Shown: positions 27,899-42,323 of the stretch, in pieces
Layout of the letters: every line of letters begins with the position of its first letter
How positions within the stretch are numbered: position 1 is the first letter of the stretch
NCBI RefSeq assembly: GCF_964204645.1
Contig: NC_134025.1
Span: 2,294,001-2,358,000, forward strand
From: Tubulanus polymorphus
Taxonomy: Eukaryota > Animalia > Nemertea
Length of the DNA: 64,000 nt
Direction of reading: 5' to 3'
Program-made: the position numbers and the translations under genes
The notes under the pieces: model-generated
What the model was told of the DNA's origin: nothing
The model's database searches: none
The model's input: only the letters and a program-made list of their open reading frames with translations

Positions 27899-30800
27899 AA
27901 CACTGACCACAAAATTGCCTTCAGAATTGCATTTATTTCCAGAAAATTGAAGTCAATTGTTACACGATGATTTATCACACATGAATCATTATTCACTTCA
28001 TTACGCAGGTGCGCGTTCTATAGGAAACGAGCGTCGTTTTGTATAGACTCATTCTATACATCCGACTGTCTGAATATTGAGTTGTATTACTCTGTATCAG
28101 AGACACGCGAGGGCGAGAAGGATTTTTTTCTATCAATTGTATCATTATTTAATCCATCTAATCCTGTATAAGTGGTCTCTCGCTACTCTCTTCACACATC
28201 GTTTAAGCGTCGCATACCGTTGCTGGTGGCAACCTATTCTGACGATGTGTTTTCTCACGCCGAGCGGTGACGATTCTCTGAAAAGCGAGGATTCTCTCCG
28301 AAAAAAGTCGCCCTCGCATCGAAAACAATTCAATCATAAGTTAAAATCGGATTTGACGTTTTGTTAAGACCGTTTGCCAGTGATTAATATTCCTCGAACA
28401 CGTGGGATTAATAATCTTAACCTCCTCGAAATAGAATAATAGGCCTTCAGCATCGGGCAGCTTTTCAGTTCTAAGCACCTGGAACTTTTTTTTCATTTTT
28501 CTTTGAAATCTCCACCGGATATTCTATACTATGACTAAAAGACGTAAATTTTTGTGATAAAAATCACTTCGTGTTTTTGATTTCAAGTGAAATACAGAAT
28601 ACACGAACAGAAATATTCATGGAACTTATAATTTCAATGCAGTAACGGTGAATCACACTCAGAGGATATTGTTAACGGAATAAAACAATGATTTGACATT
28701 TGTGTCGTAAAAATGTCATTCCTGTATAATGTTTGATGTGATCATTAATGGTTAATCCGCACACGACCAACGTCTGAAAGCCCGACCCTCACGCTATTTC
28801 TGGACTTGATTTAGATCTTGAATCTGAATCTGAATCTGAATCTGAGATGGCGTGACGAGATCTATACCGTAGCTATACTTTTCGGAACTTTGATATTTTG
28901 GTAGATTATTTAGCCTGATTATAATACTGAGGTCATCGAGTGTGTTACCCAAACATAGTGAAACTAGTGGATTTCTTCATTTCAATGTCCATATTGTCAT
29001 AGAAATGATAAGTTCAAATGGAAAGATTTTTAAAACTAGCTCGAATGAAAACCATAAGTTCACTCTCTGAACTCTGACGTTATAAGTACAACGTGAGTGC
29101 AATTTGGGTTTCCCATAGTGTAAGTAGTATTTAATTGTGCGATGAATTCTGACCGCAGAGAACGGTATAATGGCACAGACGTCCACGTGCGCTAAAATAT
29201 GACTGAAGGATGATGGTACTAGCAAAAAAAACAACCTATTGTCAAATACTCAAATGTTATACGTGTCTGGTCGCTCGTATTACCTTAACTGACAATTGCA
29301 CGCTCGACAGTAAATGTCTGCAGCGGCGACGGCTGCGGTTATTTGTGTAATTAGATTAAAAACTTCGCTACCACCACCATCAGTCTAAAAACGTCATTCG
29401 CCAGACTAAAAAACCATCGGGGTTGTCATTATCAACATCAATAGGACACGACCAACTACAATTATTTTGATATAAACTTATTTCAGGTTCACAATGGAAA
29501 TTGTTCACGCCACAGGTCGATATCCTTTTGGTGGGAAAACCGCTCGTTTTTTTTTTTCAGATATTGCAAATGGGTTGGTGTTTGTGTCTATCAACAAATA
29601 TAAGCAAGAATGGAAATATACGCAACATTTCATGTGCAATTTTCTACCCAGAAGTGACAATTGACATACTGGGCTACGTTACTAAAATCATGACCATTTA
29701 GTCCAATAAACATATATATTATACAAATCAAAACAATATTGAACGATGCAGTAATTATGGCTTGTATGTTTATCCACAAAGTAATTCGCGTCAATTACCT
29801 CTAAGAATTGATTCTAAATTGGTACAATTTGGTAATTAGCAGTACGCTACTTCCTGCCATGGAACCAATTGTTTTGTTTTAGCCTATTTATGATAAAATC
29901 CTGCTGTGACGAAAAAGAACATATCTACAATCGTGGCATACATAACTTCACTCTACATAGCTCTAGACACTTTAGTATATTATTTATTGACTTGCGATCT
30001 AAGGTCCATCAATTCAAATTGTGGCATTCTACATGCGTGTAACTGATATATGACACCTGTTATGTTAAAGTTCAACAAAAAGTTTTTGAAGTTTAGAACT
30101 GGCTTCAGGCTTTGTAGTTGAGAGCTGTGCAGAAAAATAAATCCTACCACGCCTATACTCTCTTATCGTACGTGATATAGTTATAGCCAGAACATGAAAT
30201 ATTAATTGAAACACCCATTTTGATTTGACTATGAACAATTATCGCCAATTCTCTGAGGCGCAATAGTTAATTCGCTATATAAACGATATTTTTAGAAAAG
30301 GCCTTTCGTGACACGAACGCATATTAGTAAAATCAAAATACTAAGACAGATAAAAACGGCCCATATTTATCGGCGGGCCCGTGGCAGTTTACCATCAACC
30401 GAGTCAAACAAACAACGTGAGGTTGTGTAAGAAAATTGGTGGCATTACCAACATTCCCCGGAGCAGACGATCACTATGCCTTCATTAGTAACTTCCGCTT
30501 TGACAGGAAAAATGCACAATTTGCAAACATCCCAATGTTGGTAATTTGTTGTCACTCTCATGGGGATGGCTGCCCTGTGTTCGAGCCCAGGGCGATGTCA
30601 AAGTTACAGCGTGTTCTCGTTTAATTAAGCTAAGTTAAACATGACAGTGAGGTAGTTTTCCATATGGGGCACCTGATGTCTCCGTACGGAAGAGAATGAT
30701 GTTAATCACTAACAGAAATAGAAGCTAGAAACCTCGTGGCTAAATTACATCATATAGCTGTCGATGATGCTAAAAGGTCAGAATGTCACCTGCTTTCTGG

Positions 30801-31994
30801 GGATGTTAATATTTCGCTGTAGGTGTCGTTTCCTAATTAGGAAATCTACTGTTTTAAAAGCACGATTCTCTCTATAATCATCCGACAACAAAGCCACAGC
30901 GACTGACAGTCCAGTTTCGAGTAAGTATCAAAACCTTTAACATTGCTTCAGGTCGGCGTGTTAATGGTCCTTTACGTACATAAAGATTGATTCATATGAT
31001 TTGGTGCCCAAAGCAAATCAAATCGAAGAGGGGGTAATTTCGTAACTCAAGTTCATAGATATTGTCCATTTTCATATTTTGGTAATTTTCCACGTGTAAA
31101 TAGTCGGAGAGTATTTTGTAGTTTTTTTTCGCAAGCCGGGCGGCTCCATAGCGCAATAGCCATCGCCGAATTTCCATTCAGACACATAAGTCCTAATTTT
31201 AGGTATGATTGCGCGTTTCCGGTTCCTAGAATTATTACCCGATAGAGTCTAATGCGAGATGTTTTATCAACAACGGCAATCACAGCTATTTCAAGCAATT
31301 ACTTATAACAGGTTTGATATTTTCCAAGCAATAGGTTATGATAAGTTTGGCCTGTGTCTGACGAGTAAATCGGAGTCACGCCGAGAAGCAGGCAATTTCG
31401 GTAAAACCAGGCAACTGAAAGCGAACTTAATTGGGCAACTTAGAGTTGATAAAACTCTGTGTGTGGCCGGCGAAAAGTCTAAAAAGGTCAGATTTGATTC
31501 TAGAAATGGTGAAATTACATCGGGATTGTTTCCTGTAACCGGACAACTGTAAAAGCCTCCTGATGATGGTGGTTTGTTACAGGAGAAATAACCGAGCACA
31601 AATTCTTCGTGAAATATACAACTAGACATATCAACCACATCCTAATTCAATGAATGAAACTATGTTTTCCTATTCGTGGTTTGATGTTTAATATTGTTTG
31701 ATATATAAGGATTAGTGTCAGCCAGTGTTTATATTTCTTCAGGCAATATTCAAGAAAGCTGGAGACGTTGGAGTCAAAGGGTCGCGCCAGATAACACGTC
31801 GAAGCCGTAGGTCCTATATTCAATATCATAATTGTTGATGTCGTTTCGTATTGGAAAAAAAACAAATAAAGAACTACTATATCACTGCAGTCGTTGCATT
31901 TAAATTCAAATACTTCTAAAGTTTGTATCTTTCAAGCGTGAAACGAGAACTGCTGGAAAATGCGAATGTATCGGACGGATGTATACTATAAAAC

Positions 31995-32276
31995 CAGGGG
32001 AAAATTCCACAGTCATAGCTTAGATCTAAGACCAATGGGCCGGTTCCATAGTCAGGGCTTAGACTTTGGACCAGTCTAAGACTATCTTAGTTTTATAGCT
32101 AATCTAACAGCTTAAGACCAGTCTGAAGATTTAAGACCACTTTTGGACTTAAGTCTCGACTATGGAACCAACCCATGACTATAGCTGATCACTTCTTATA
32201 GCCGATCAAATGTAGCTCAGTCTTAAGATTCAAGACAACTTTTGGACTGAACTTACGACTGTGCAACTGGGCCCTG
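31995..32276. mobile_element. Nested MITE-like pair (inner 32037-32174 within an outer related element)
   Basis: Inner TIRs GGGCCGGTTCCATAGTC / GACTATGGAACCAACCC; outer termini CAGGGGAAAATTCCACAGTC / GACTGTGCAACTGGGCCCTG; shared internal AAGACCACTTTTGGACT. No TSD resolved. Confidence 0.7.
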
Positions 32277-32311
32277 GATCATTGACCTGTAAACTGGTTG
32301 TTGTTGTCCAG

Positions 32312-32967
32312 GTTATAACAGGGCAACAACGTTACGAACTGTTGCGCTCAGAAAGATATCAGAGGCTTCATCCAAACCATTCATGGTCAACTTACAACGT
32401 TTAGACTTACTCCAACAACGCCTCGATGGTTTGGATGACAGATTTGATGAACAATTAAAGGGAATCGAAGCAATAGAAGAACGGCTGCATCGACGGATTC
32501 AACAGCAGGAAGAAAATCAGATCGTAGTTGAAATTCTGGAATGTTTCTCAGTATTCACGCCGTATGTTAAAACGTGGCTGCATTTTGTGATGAAATTCGT
32601 GCGTTATTTCATGAATAGTTTCCAGTTCTCAAAAGTTGACTACAAACATCCTCTCAGTCTGACAGGATTCCTCAAATTAAAAGACCAAGGCGATATTGAA
32701 ACTGTGAAGGAAGCCGAGGAGATATTGAAGAGTTATGATTTAGACTGGATCAAACTGAAAATCATTCGCTACATCGTGGGGATTTTTTCCTATCAATATC
32801 GAGATGATATAACATTAGACTGTATAGAAGATGCCCTCGAGTTTATATGTAAAGCTAAGGAAAGCTGTAAGGAGAAAAGAACTGTTTTGGATGCGCTCGA
32901 GGCCACCATTAAGTCGTGTAAAAACCAGAAAAGTTTGTTAACATTAGAACTGTCCGGTGAGCAGTGA
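32312..32967 (+). CDS. Candidate terminal exon or ORF of an uncharacterised protein with N-terminal coiled coil (194 aa from ATG 32383)
   Basis: 585-bp non-repetitive ORF in AT-rich DNA with a heptad-like segment LDLLQQRLDGLDDRFDEQLKGIEAIEERL. The frame stays open upstream to a pyrimidine/TTG tract and CAG acceptor at 32309-32311. No family recognised. Confidence 0.55.
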
Positions 32968-34694
32968 CGGGCAGTATTCAGAGACTTGGATCGCGTCTAT
33001 TTTATTTCACTCTCAGAAACGTTTTGTCAATAATTTATCTAATGTGTTTCAATTTCTGTTAAACAACAATCATTCAATGAGAAATCACCAGTCGTCCAGT
33101 CATTGATCGTCGTGCACACGTACCGGGCTTTCGGTTCACAATGAATACCCTCACATATATAGTGCATATCATATTGTTTACTCGATATAATGAGTTATTT
33201 GAACCAACAGTGCACGTTAAATGTAATTAGAAAATAATAATTGGGGACAGCTATGACTAAGTGTATATATAATACACCAATTGATAGACTTTGATGAGGC
33301 ATTTGTTATATGCACCTGCAGACCGCCCGTACACCACTTTTCTTTTCACTATAACAGCTACCGTTCTCAAAAGCGATCGGCAGTTTATTTGGTAATTGTC
33401 TGTACCCGCTTTTTTCAAACAACACCCGACGACACTCGATTTCGACTCACGTGTGTCGTGTATGAATAGTGAATCATGTTAACATGTGGGTGTAAATGGC
33501 TTGAAGATCCTCTAATTTTCACTACCGATGTACATTTAAAGTTATAATGCTCGAACAAATAGCATAATCTGTAATTTTCTTTGACAATGCAATTGGCCGC
33601 TGAACCCCTATCTAATTTCGGCACGTTTAATTGCCATTTATCAGAAACGTTTTTTGTGACTTGTGAATTTTAATCAATCGCAAAAAAGTTAAAAGGACTT
33701 GTGAATCACGAGTGATGATGATTCACGTTTGCTTCGAAATGGTAAAAAAAAGAGAAATATATCCTAGTTTTGCGTCGGAATCATTTTGATTCTTTTTACT
33801 AGATATCATCGAAGCCTTTGTCAAGTGGATAAAATTAGGAGGGTTTTTGAAAGCCACCATTGATAATTCTGAGTAAACACTTTAGAGCATTGAGGCGGGA
33901 TGCATCGCGTTTGAGCCGTTGTTGTGGGTTGGATTATTGTTTAGTCTATATTTGCCCACATATAATTGCAGCAGCACGTGACTCTTATTCTATTTTTTTT
34001 TCATGGAATACTACTATAAAATGATTGCCCATTAAAAACCAATCACCTACTATCACATTGTGTTACCCGCTTCACTTCAATAACTGCATTTAATAACGTC
34101 ACAAAAATATGTCGCTCTGTCTGCCCTGATACAAATATGAGCTGTGTTTTCACGCCCGTATTTTTCGACTCAGCGCTGCTACCGTTTTGCTTCCATAATA
34201 GTTTTTATCGGGTAGAAATGCGAGTCCAATGGGAGAATTCGTGCGTTATTAACCTCGCATTATTATATCACTAACAAAGATTTGAATAGAAGTATAAATT
34301 ATTTGAATATTTTTGAAAGAGGGCTCCCTAAATCATCGAATGATGGCAAGGGAGCTATTACTGAATTGATCATCTTAGAATGGGCACAATAAAATTGTAT
34401 TTTTATTGTTTTATTAGTCACTTTCTATGATTACCTCATCCAGACAGGCCCTTTTGACGTCATGTGAAAATCAATGGTAGATTTCGACTATTGAAATCCA
34501 GCGCATTTTATTTTTTTTTTTCAAACCAAACAATTCTTGTGAAATATGATACGCAAACTCTCAGAATGCCCTAAAAGTATCCGTGTTTTCAAGGTATCCC
34601 CGATTCCTGGGGATCTGAAGTCCGCCCACCTACATCGGCACTTGAGGGAAATGTCGACATAGCAGGAGTCTGTGCATGGAAATTATCCATGGTG

Positions 34695-34775
34695 TTAAGG
34701 TTAAATTTGAGTTGAAATTAGTTCATTTTTATTAAGTGAACTATATGAGTCTTAACTCACAACCAGTGGAACTGC
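34695..34775. mobile_element. Family A MITE fragment
   Basis: TTAGTTCATTTT...GAGTCTTAACTCACAACCAGTGGAACTG resembles the reverse complement of 63940-64000. Confidence 0.55.
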
Positions 34776-37700
34776 CATAGACTACCACTAGTGAATGGAA
34801 CGCAAAATGACCAAAGGCTAATGAAAAAGAAGTGTCCGTTTAGGAAACGCCTTTGAGTTTGTTTACATCACTGAAATACTGCCTGAAACCAACTGAGCTG
34901 CCTCCAGGTCATTCTTGTGTGACGTGGAACATCATTTATCTATTTCACACAGAAACAACTGATTCTTCTTCACGTATTGATTCGATCTATGGCTGCCGTG
35001 AGGTATTGTCTTTTTAAAACAACTGCCACGTGTAAACAGTATGCATTTCAAATATACTTAACGAATTTACCCTATATCAATAAAGCTTCTTCATAATTTG
35101 GGTGTCGTTTTTCAAAATGTTGTTGATGTCTTAAAAATAGGATTCAACGTCAACCATTTATAAACAATGTATTTAGTAAGACCGCATAAATGTCATATTT
35201 CGAAATCGATTCTGGATTTTCGTTTACAAAACTTTTTTTTCCGTAAAACCACAAAAACTTCGGTGCAATACTATGTGATTTCGGGAGAGAAACAACAAAG
35301 GTTCAACCAGAAATTAAACGATAGATGTCACCAAATGTTGTGAGGCGATTCCGTTTAAATATTGATGTGAGGCGATGCATTTTGAAATGAATATTATTGA
35401 AATACATTTCACTTATACGTGGCAAGAAGCCACGTGACCTGGTCTAGATTTTGGGTGTGTTTTACGATCGAATATCGAGTTATCAGTTTTATAACATGTC
35501 ACAACACGCGCTTCATTGAAATCTCCGATAATTCGACCGATTGAATTTCTCTTTAAGGCAAAAAGTCTCCACTTACACCGAATCAATTGCATCAGTTGAT
35601 TTGCAGTGAAAACTCGTCTTTCAACTGGTACTATTTATATAAATATTGATGAAATTCCGACGAGTATAAATCATTAAAATGACTAATTCAATTTTTAGTT
35701 CAAAAGCTAATGACCGCATTGACGCGAAGCAGTACTTATATTATCACGTATCATGAAAGCTCTGTTTCTATCGTGGCTGATTTCATTTTACCACCAGTTA
35801 AAGTGGTATTGAATTTTATCGCAGATGCATCTTTCATTTTGAAGCACGTGTTGTTTTGCAAGTTGAAATATGCTACATATTACTGGTCCTTTGTTCGCAA
35901 ATAGATATCGAAGTTCTTCAAATTATATGTTTGATTCATAAAACCGGGGATATGTGTGTCTGTGTTTGAATCGGGGAATATGTATATAACAACCATTTAT
36001 GTTTATACAGAAATCAATGCGGAATAATGACAAAACGTTACTACGGCCATGTTAGCGATGAGAAGCCTTAAAATCGTCACTGCGGGAATCTTTTCACCTG
36101 AATCTACCGACCAGTTCATCATTGACTTCAACGTGTCCAGCCCGGGGAGTCCAATCAGGCCACGCGCACACGAAATTACGGGGCTAATTTGTTCACTATT
36201 TAGGAGCTATTAATTAAGTATTTCTAGTTTCTACGCAATTTCGCGTCTTTGTCGGAACAAATGTCTGGCGTATGTATGTTTGCCCCACCCCTTATCCAAC
36301 TATACTTCAATGATGAGAATAAAAGCACATGCACCACCAGCAGCGTACACTCAAAGTTATATCTATGGTCGGATTGTATTGTTGTTATTTTATAAATGAA
36401 TATCTATGTAAATTGAACGGGAATCTTTGTGATGGTTTCAATCCGATTTGATTTGTTGAACGTCGGATCACTGCGTACCATCGAAACCATCTATTCGATC
36501 TGTTTTCGATTTCTTTACGTTTTTAAAGACTTCTTACGGTCGAAATTGCTTGCACGCAGCTGAAAACAAATAAACAACCCGCAGCAAGCTTCCCATTAGC
36601 AAGCAAAATCGTTTTACTGAAATAATTTCAGAGAAATCAGCACGCGACCAAAAAGACAGGTGCTTATTAGAAGTTATTCGAGGATTGCTGTTGGTTGCGT
36701 GCTGCTGCAGTTTAGGTTGTTGTTATAATAACAATGCTCGAATAACACAAATAGATCAGACTATTACAACCATTTCTGAAATGCTGGGGTTTCTCTTTCT
36801 ACGACAGGTGGCGCTTTCACGTCTAAAAACCAGTCATACAAAGTACTGTTGATTCACATTTGCTTTCTTGTAATTCCGGCTTCTAGAATTCTATCGGCTC
36901 AACAGGTGAAGAAATATATATATCTAAATGGACCGACGTGTTTGCCCAACGACCTTTCGTAATCGGCGGAAGAAATTGTTGGTGCATCGCTAAGGATAAC
37001 ATACCAATCCAAGGGGAGCTCAATTGCTCGCAAAACTAACGCCGTATATTCTGTTTTGATACAAATTGTATTGATCGTTATTCAGTTGGTTTAATGATAT
37101 CTACGATTCGATTCTCAGGGTGACACACAGAGATATGTATTTACTCAATAAATTTACGTTATGTTCGTTTCTGAATGCTAGTCCAAACACAGGCCTACTC
37201 ATATCTCACTGGTTGTGAATATATACCACGAGTCTGTGTAGAAAATTTTGTTGAATTCAAAGAAGAAAGTTTCTTGATAATGTGTCATTCAACACTACAC
37301 TACTGATAAGCGAAATTGATATCCACTTATCACAAGAGCAGCGACGTTTCCACGTATAAGAAATTCCCGACATTTTCATCCACGAATTGAAGATGATCTT
37401 TTTCGATCGCTGCCAGAAAGCTCGAGTGTTACGGAACTAATAAGAAAATATTTGAGCGAAACCGCGAAGATAATGCGTCGAATAATACCTGGTTTTCGGT
37501 TGTGAATCCTCTAATTGCGTATCAATATAAGCTCGGATTTCGTCGCTAACGCGCTGACAACTCGATTTCTTCGGAAACCTTCTGATATCTTACACTAAAT
37601 ATTGATCAGTGCAAGTCTTAGATTTTCAGTCATTCTTTGATTTATCGCAATAACCACCACAAAAGAGACAATGGTAGATTGTGGTAAATTGGAATTATAT

Positions 37701-38704
37701 TTCATCGGGTCTATGTTCAACCACAAGTAAATCGAGACGCGATATTTCGCGAGTTTATTGCAAATATCTGTTTTCTGATATTTCGTCTAGCGCGTCGATA
37801 ATCTTCCAATATTCGGTCGGATCGTTTTCATCGCCTTCGTCATAATGAGTTGGTGAATTAATTGCTACACGACGCTAGCAGGAGTTCTCTAACACGTTAC
37901 CGCGCGTACACAATAATTATTCAATATGTTCAACAAACTTAACGATGTTGTGTTCTATGATTAACGACAAATACAAACGATTTGTAATTAACAAAATTAA
38001 CCCATTTTCATATTATCGCTCCTAGTAGGAGTTTCCTTAACGAGCTTAAACTGTTTGCTAGTATAAAGAATTGAAACCTTGCTATAGTGTAAAAACTAAA
38101 TCAGATTGTATTTACGAGTAGCTACAATGTCTAGCGATATTTCTATACAGCTGAATAAGTGATAACTAATCACTGATCAAATTACATTCAATCAATTCTT
38201 TACGCTATAATCATACATGCATCGTAATCATTTAAAGAAAAAAATGGTGGTTGTTTAAAAGTTGTAATTCCCATCAAGTTTTATATGAACGCGTGATTCA
38301 AACCTTCCGCATATCTGACTTATGATTCTAACATATATTCGGTAATTTTGATAATGATTACAAAAAGTAGCGGATGTGCTGTGGTACAACAACAAAGCCG
38401 TCACTGATAGTCTAATCTTGGGAACGCTAAGACTGAGGAGAATCACAGACATCACGTCGTCATTGCCTCGGTTCATCAGAACCAAGAATTACTGATATTA
38501 CATTCCTGACAAACATCTTTGTATGTATGCTATCATTGCTATCAAATATACAAATGTTGACGGTGAAACCGGTATATACAAGTAATCATATAGACAACCC
38601 TGAGACGCGATGTAAATACCGGTATTACTTAATCATTCATCACCGTAACAAATCCAGTGCAACTGACACCCACAGAAAAGCTGTTTTCAGCTCGAAATAT
38701 ATCT

Positions 38705-38934
38705 CAGTGGTGGATCCAGGAATTCAGGGAATGGTGTCCCTAACTTTCTCGAGGCCTATAAAATTGACGAATGAGCAAGAGTCATAGATACCCCGAGCCT
38801 CAAGTGTGGGGGTCCTCCCTTCCCGAGAATAATGGATCATTTTCTAAGTATCTAGAGTGATTCTAACAAAACTGCCATGCAACAAGGATATCTTGGCAAA
38901 AATAGAAGGGCTTGGCCCCCTTGATGTGCCCTTG
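38705..38934. mobile_element. Degenerate MITE-like element (CAGTGGTGGATCCAGG... terminus)
   Basis: Imperfect inverted termini CAGTGGTGGATCCAGG / CCTTGATGTGCCCTTG; a similar right end CTAGATCCACCCTTG is at about 13375-13389. Confidence 0.35.
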
Positions 38935-40479
38935 AATCAGAAAAGAAGTCTTAGTTTGGCCTTCCCGTGAGTCAGTGTGGTCATTAGAGACTCCCCGTGG
39001 AAACAGCAGTGTCATTCGGTTTAGATCTATCGCTTGGCTTTTAGCGGCAAAAACTTATTTTCTTACCATACCACGTTCAATTAGGATTTCTAATTGAGTA
39101 TATTCAGGTTACCATCTCGCTTGTTAGATAACTGTTTGTTTAGTCAGAGAACGCAGTTGTTTGCTGCGCTATTCGCCATGTTTTCGGACACTTACGCAAA
39201 ACGGATTGTATTTGGATAGGATGAAGCCGACAGTTGTTACTGGCGGTTCGAATCCATGTTTGCACAGGCGTTTTACGGGTAATACGTGCTAATAGATTCG
39301 GTCATTAAGCGAGATGTTTATAAACTAAAAACATCAGCGGCCACGCGCCTTTACACCTGAACATATCTGTCAATATCAGAAACAACCTGAATCTAAAAAC
39401 GATTTCCGTTGCTCGTCATTTCTTACGTATATTTGTGTAGTGTATTATTGATTCGAGTATTTATGAACTAAAATAAAACCACTCATAAATACAAAGCACA
39501 ACACAAGTATATCTATACTTTGATTTATAGAAAAGTTTTCCACTTCAAACAAAATGCCTCTGTTGATGCCTGATTGGTTGTAGTGAGGATTCCGCCATAA
39601 TGACGTCAGAGTTGTTTTTTGCCTGAACGGTATTTCCTACCAGAGCTGCGAGCCATTGATATTCAAAGACAGTTACTGTAACAAGCGCTGAGAAAAACAA
39701 CTTATTCATCGCCTTCGGCTACAAAGCAATCTTTTATTTATATCGATGCGCTAAAAATAGGTACCCGCCTTATCAAATCTATAAACTGATGCTTAGTTTA
39801 TTTTATATTAAACATTAACTCTAAATTTAGAAAATCAGAATCCAAAAATAGTCGTCACACGGATATATTTAGCGGATCAGCCCACGGTGTGTAGACAAAA
39901 CACTAGATGTGTTCTTTTAATAGCTTATATTTTCATACAACACCCAATTTAAAAACGTACGTAATGTAAAATATATATGATATGAGTACAAATAAATATA
40001 GTTTTCAGTCGAAAGTATTTCGTCGCAGGTTCGTCGTTTTTTTTTTTTAAAGTGATTTCCTTTCTTTTTTAACACTCCTTAAATTCGATTGTGACGTGGA
40101 GCCAACTGTTGTCAATAGCCATACAAAAATTTCACCAACGTCTTATATTTTACTTTTAGGCAAAACGTATGAAATCTATTTGGGAAAAGCAAAAGAAAAT
40201 GAAAATCAGAGATTGTAAAGATGTTCTGTAATCAGCGCAATTTTCATGTGAGAGGTGTGACAAATACTAAGGATCGGTTGTATTTTTGATTGTCTGTATT
40301 ATAGTCACCCCAAATCTTCAAACTCTATTATTATGTTTTACCGAAGAGCGCTTTATTCACAAATCCGATCTTCTAATCTCGCCCTTGATTGGGATCTGCT
40401 TGGTAAAATCGGATTCAGAACATAATCCGTCAATGTTTCATTAGTGCGATATTATTTAAGGATTAAATTGAAACTCTCC

Positions 40480-42042
<1,563 letters not shown>

Positions 42043-42317
42043 TCATTTAAAAACAAAATTTTGTGATTTAAAACTGACAATTCGCCCGATTTGACAATAA
42101 ACACTTTTTGAACTGATCTCATACGTCCGTTTCGCTTAAAGTGGAAAATTAGAACACTTTCGACATAGATACTCATTGTGCTAAAAGTTATAATTTATTT
42201 TCACCTCAAACGAACTGTGGTAAGTTAACGTATATTTTACCTCAAGGAGAATTGATTGTAAAATTGTTTCAAACAAATGGTTAATAATGGATTAATGTAT
42301 TTCTTGTAAAAATGTAA

Positions 42318-42323
42318 AATAAA
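42318..42323 (+). terminator. Candidate FoxG-b polyadenylation signal
   Basis: AATAAA about 275 bp after the stop, followed by U/GU-rich sequence; another AATAAA lies at about 42096. Confidence 0.4.

Noticed and set aside
39245-39255. Perfect B-box GGTTCGAATCC suggesting a tRNA gene
   Set aside because: No convincing A-box or cloverleaf stems around it.
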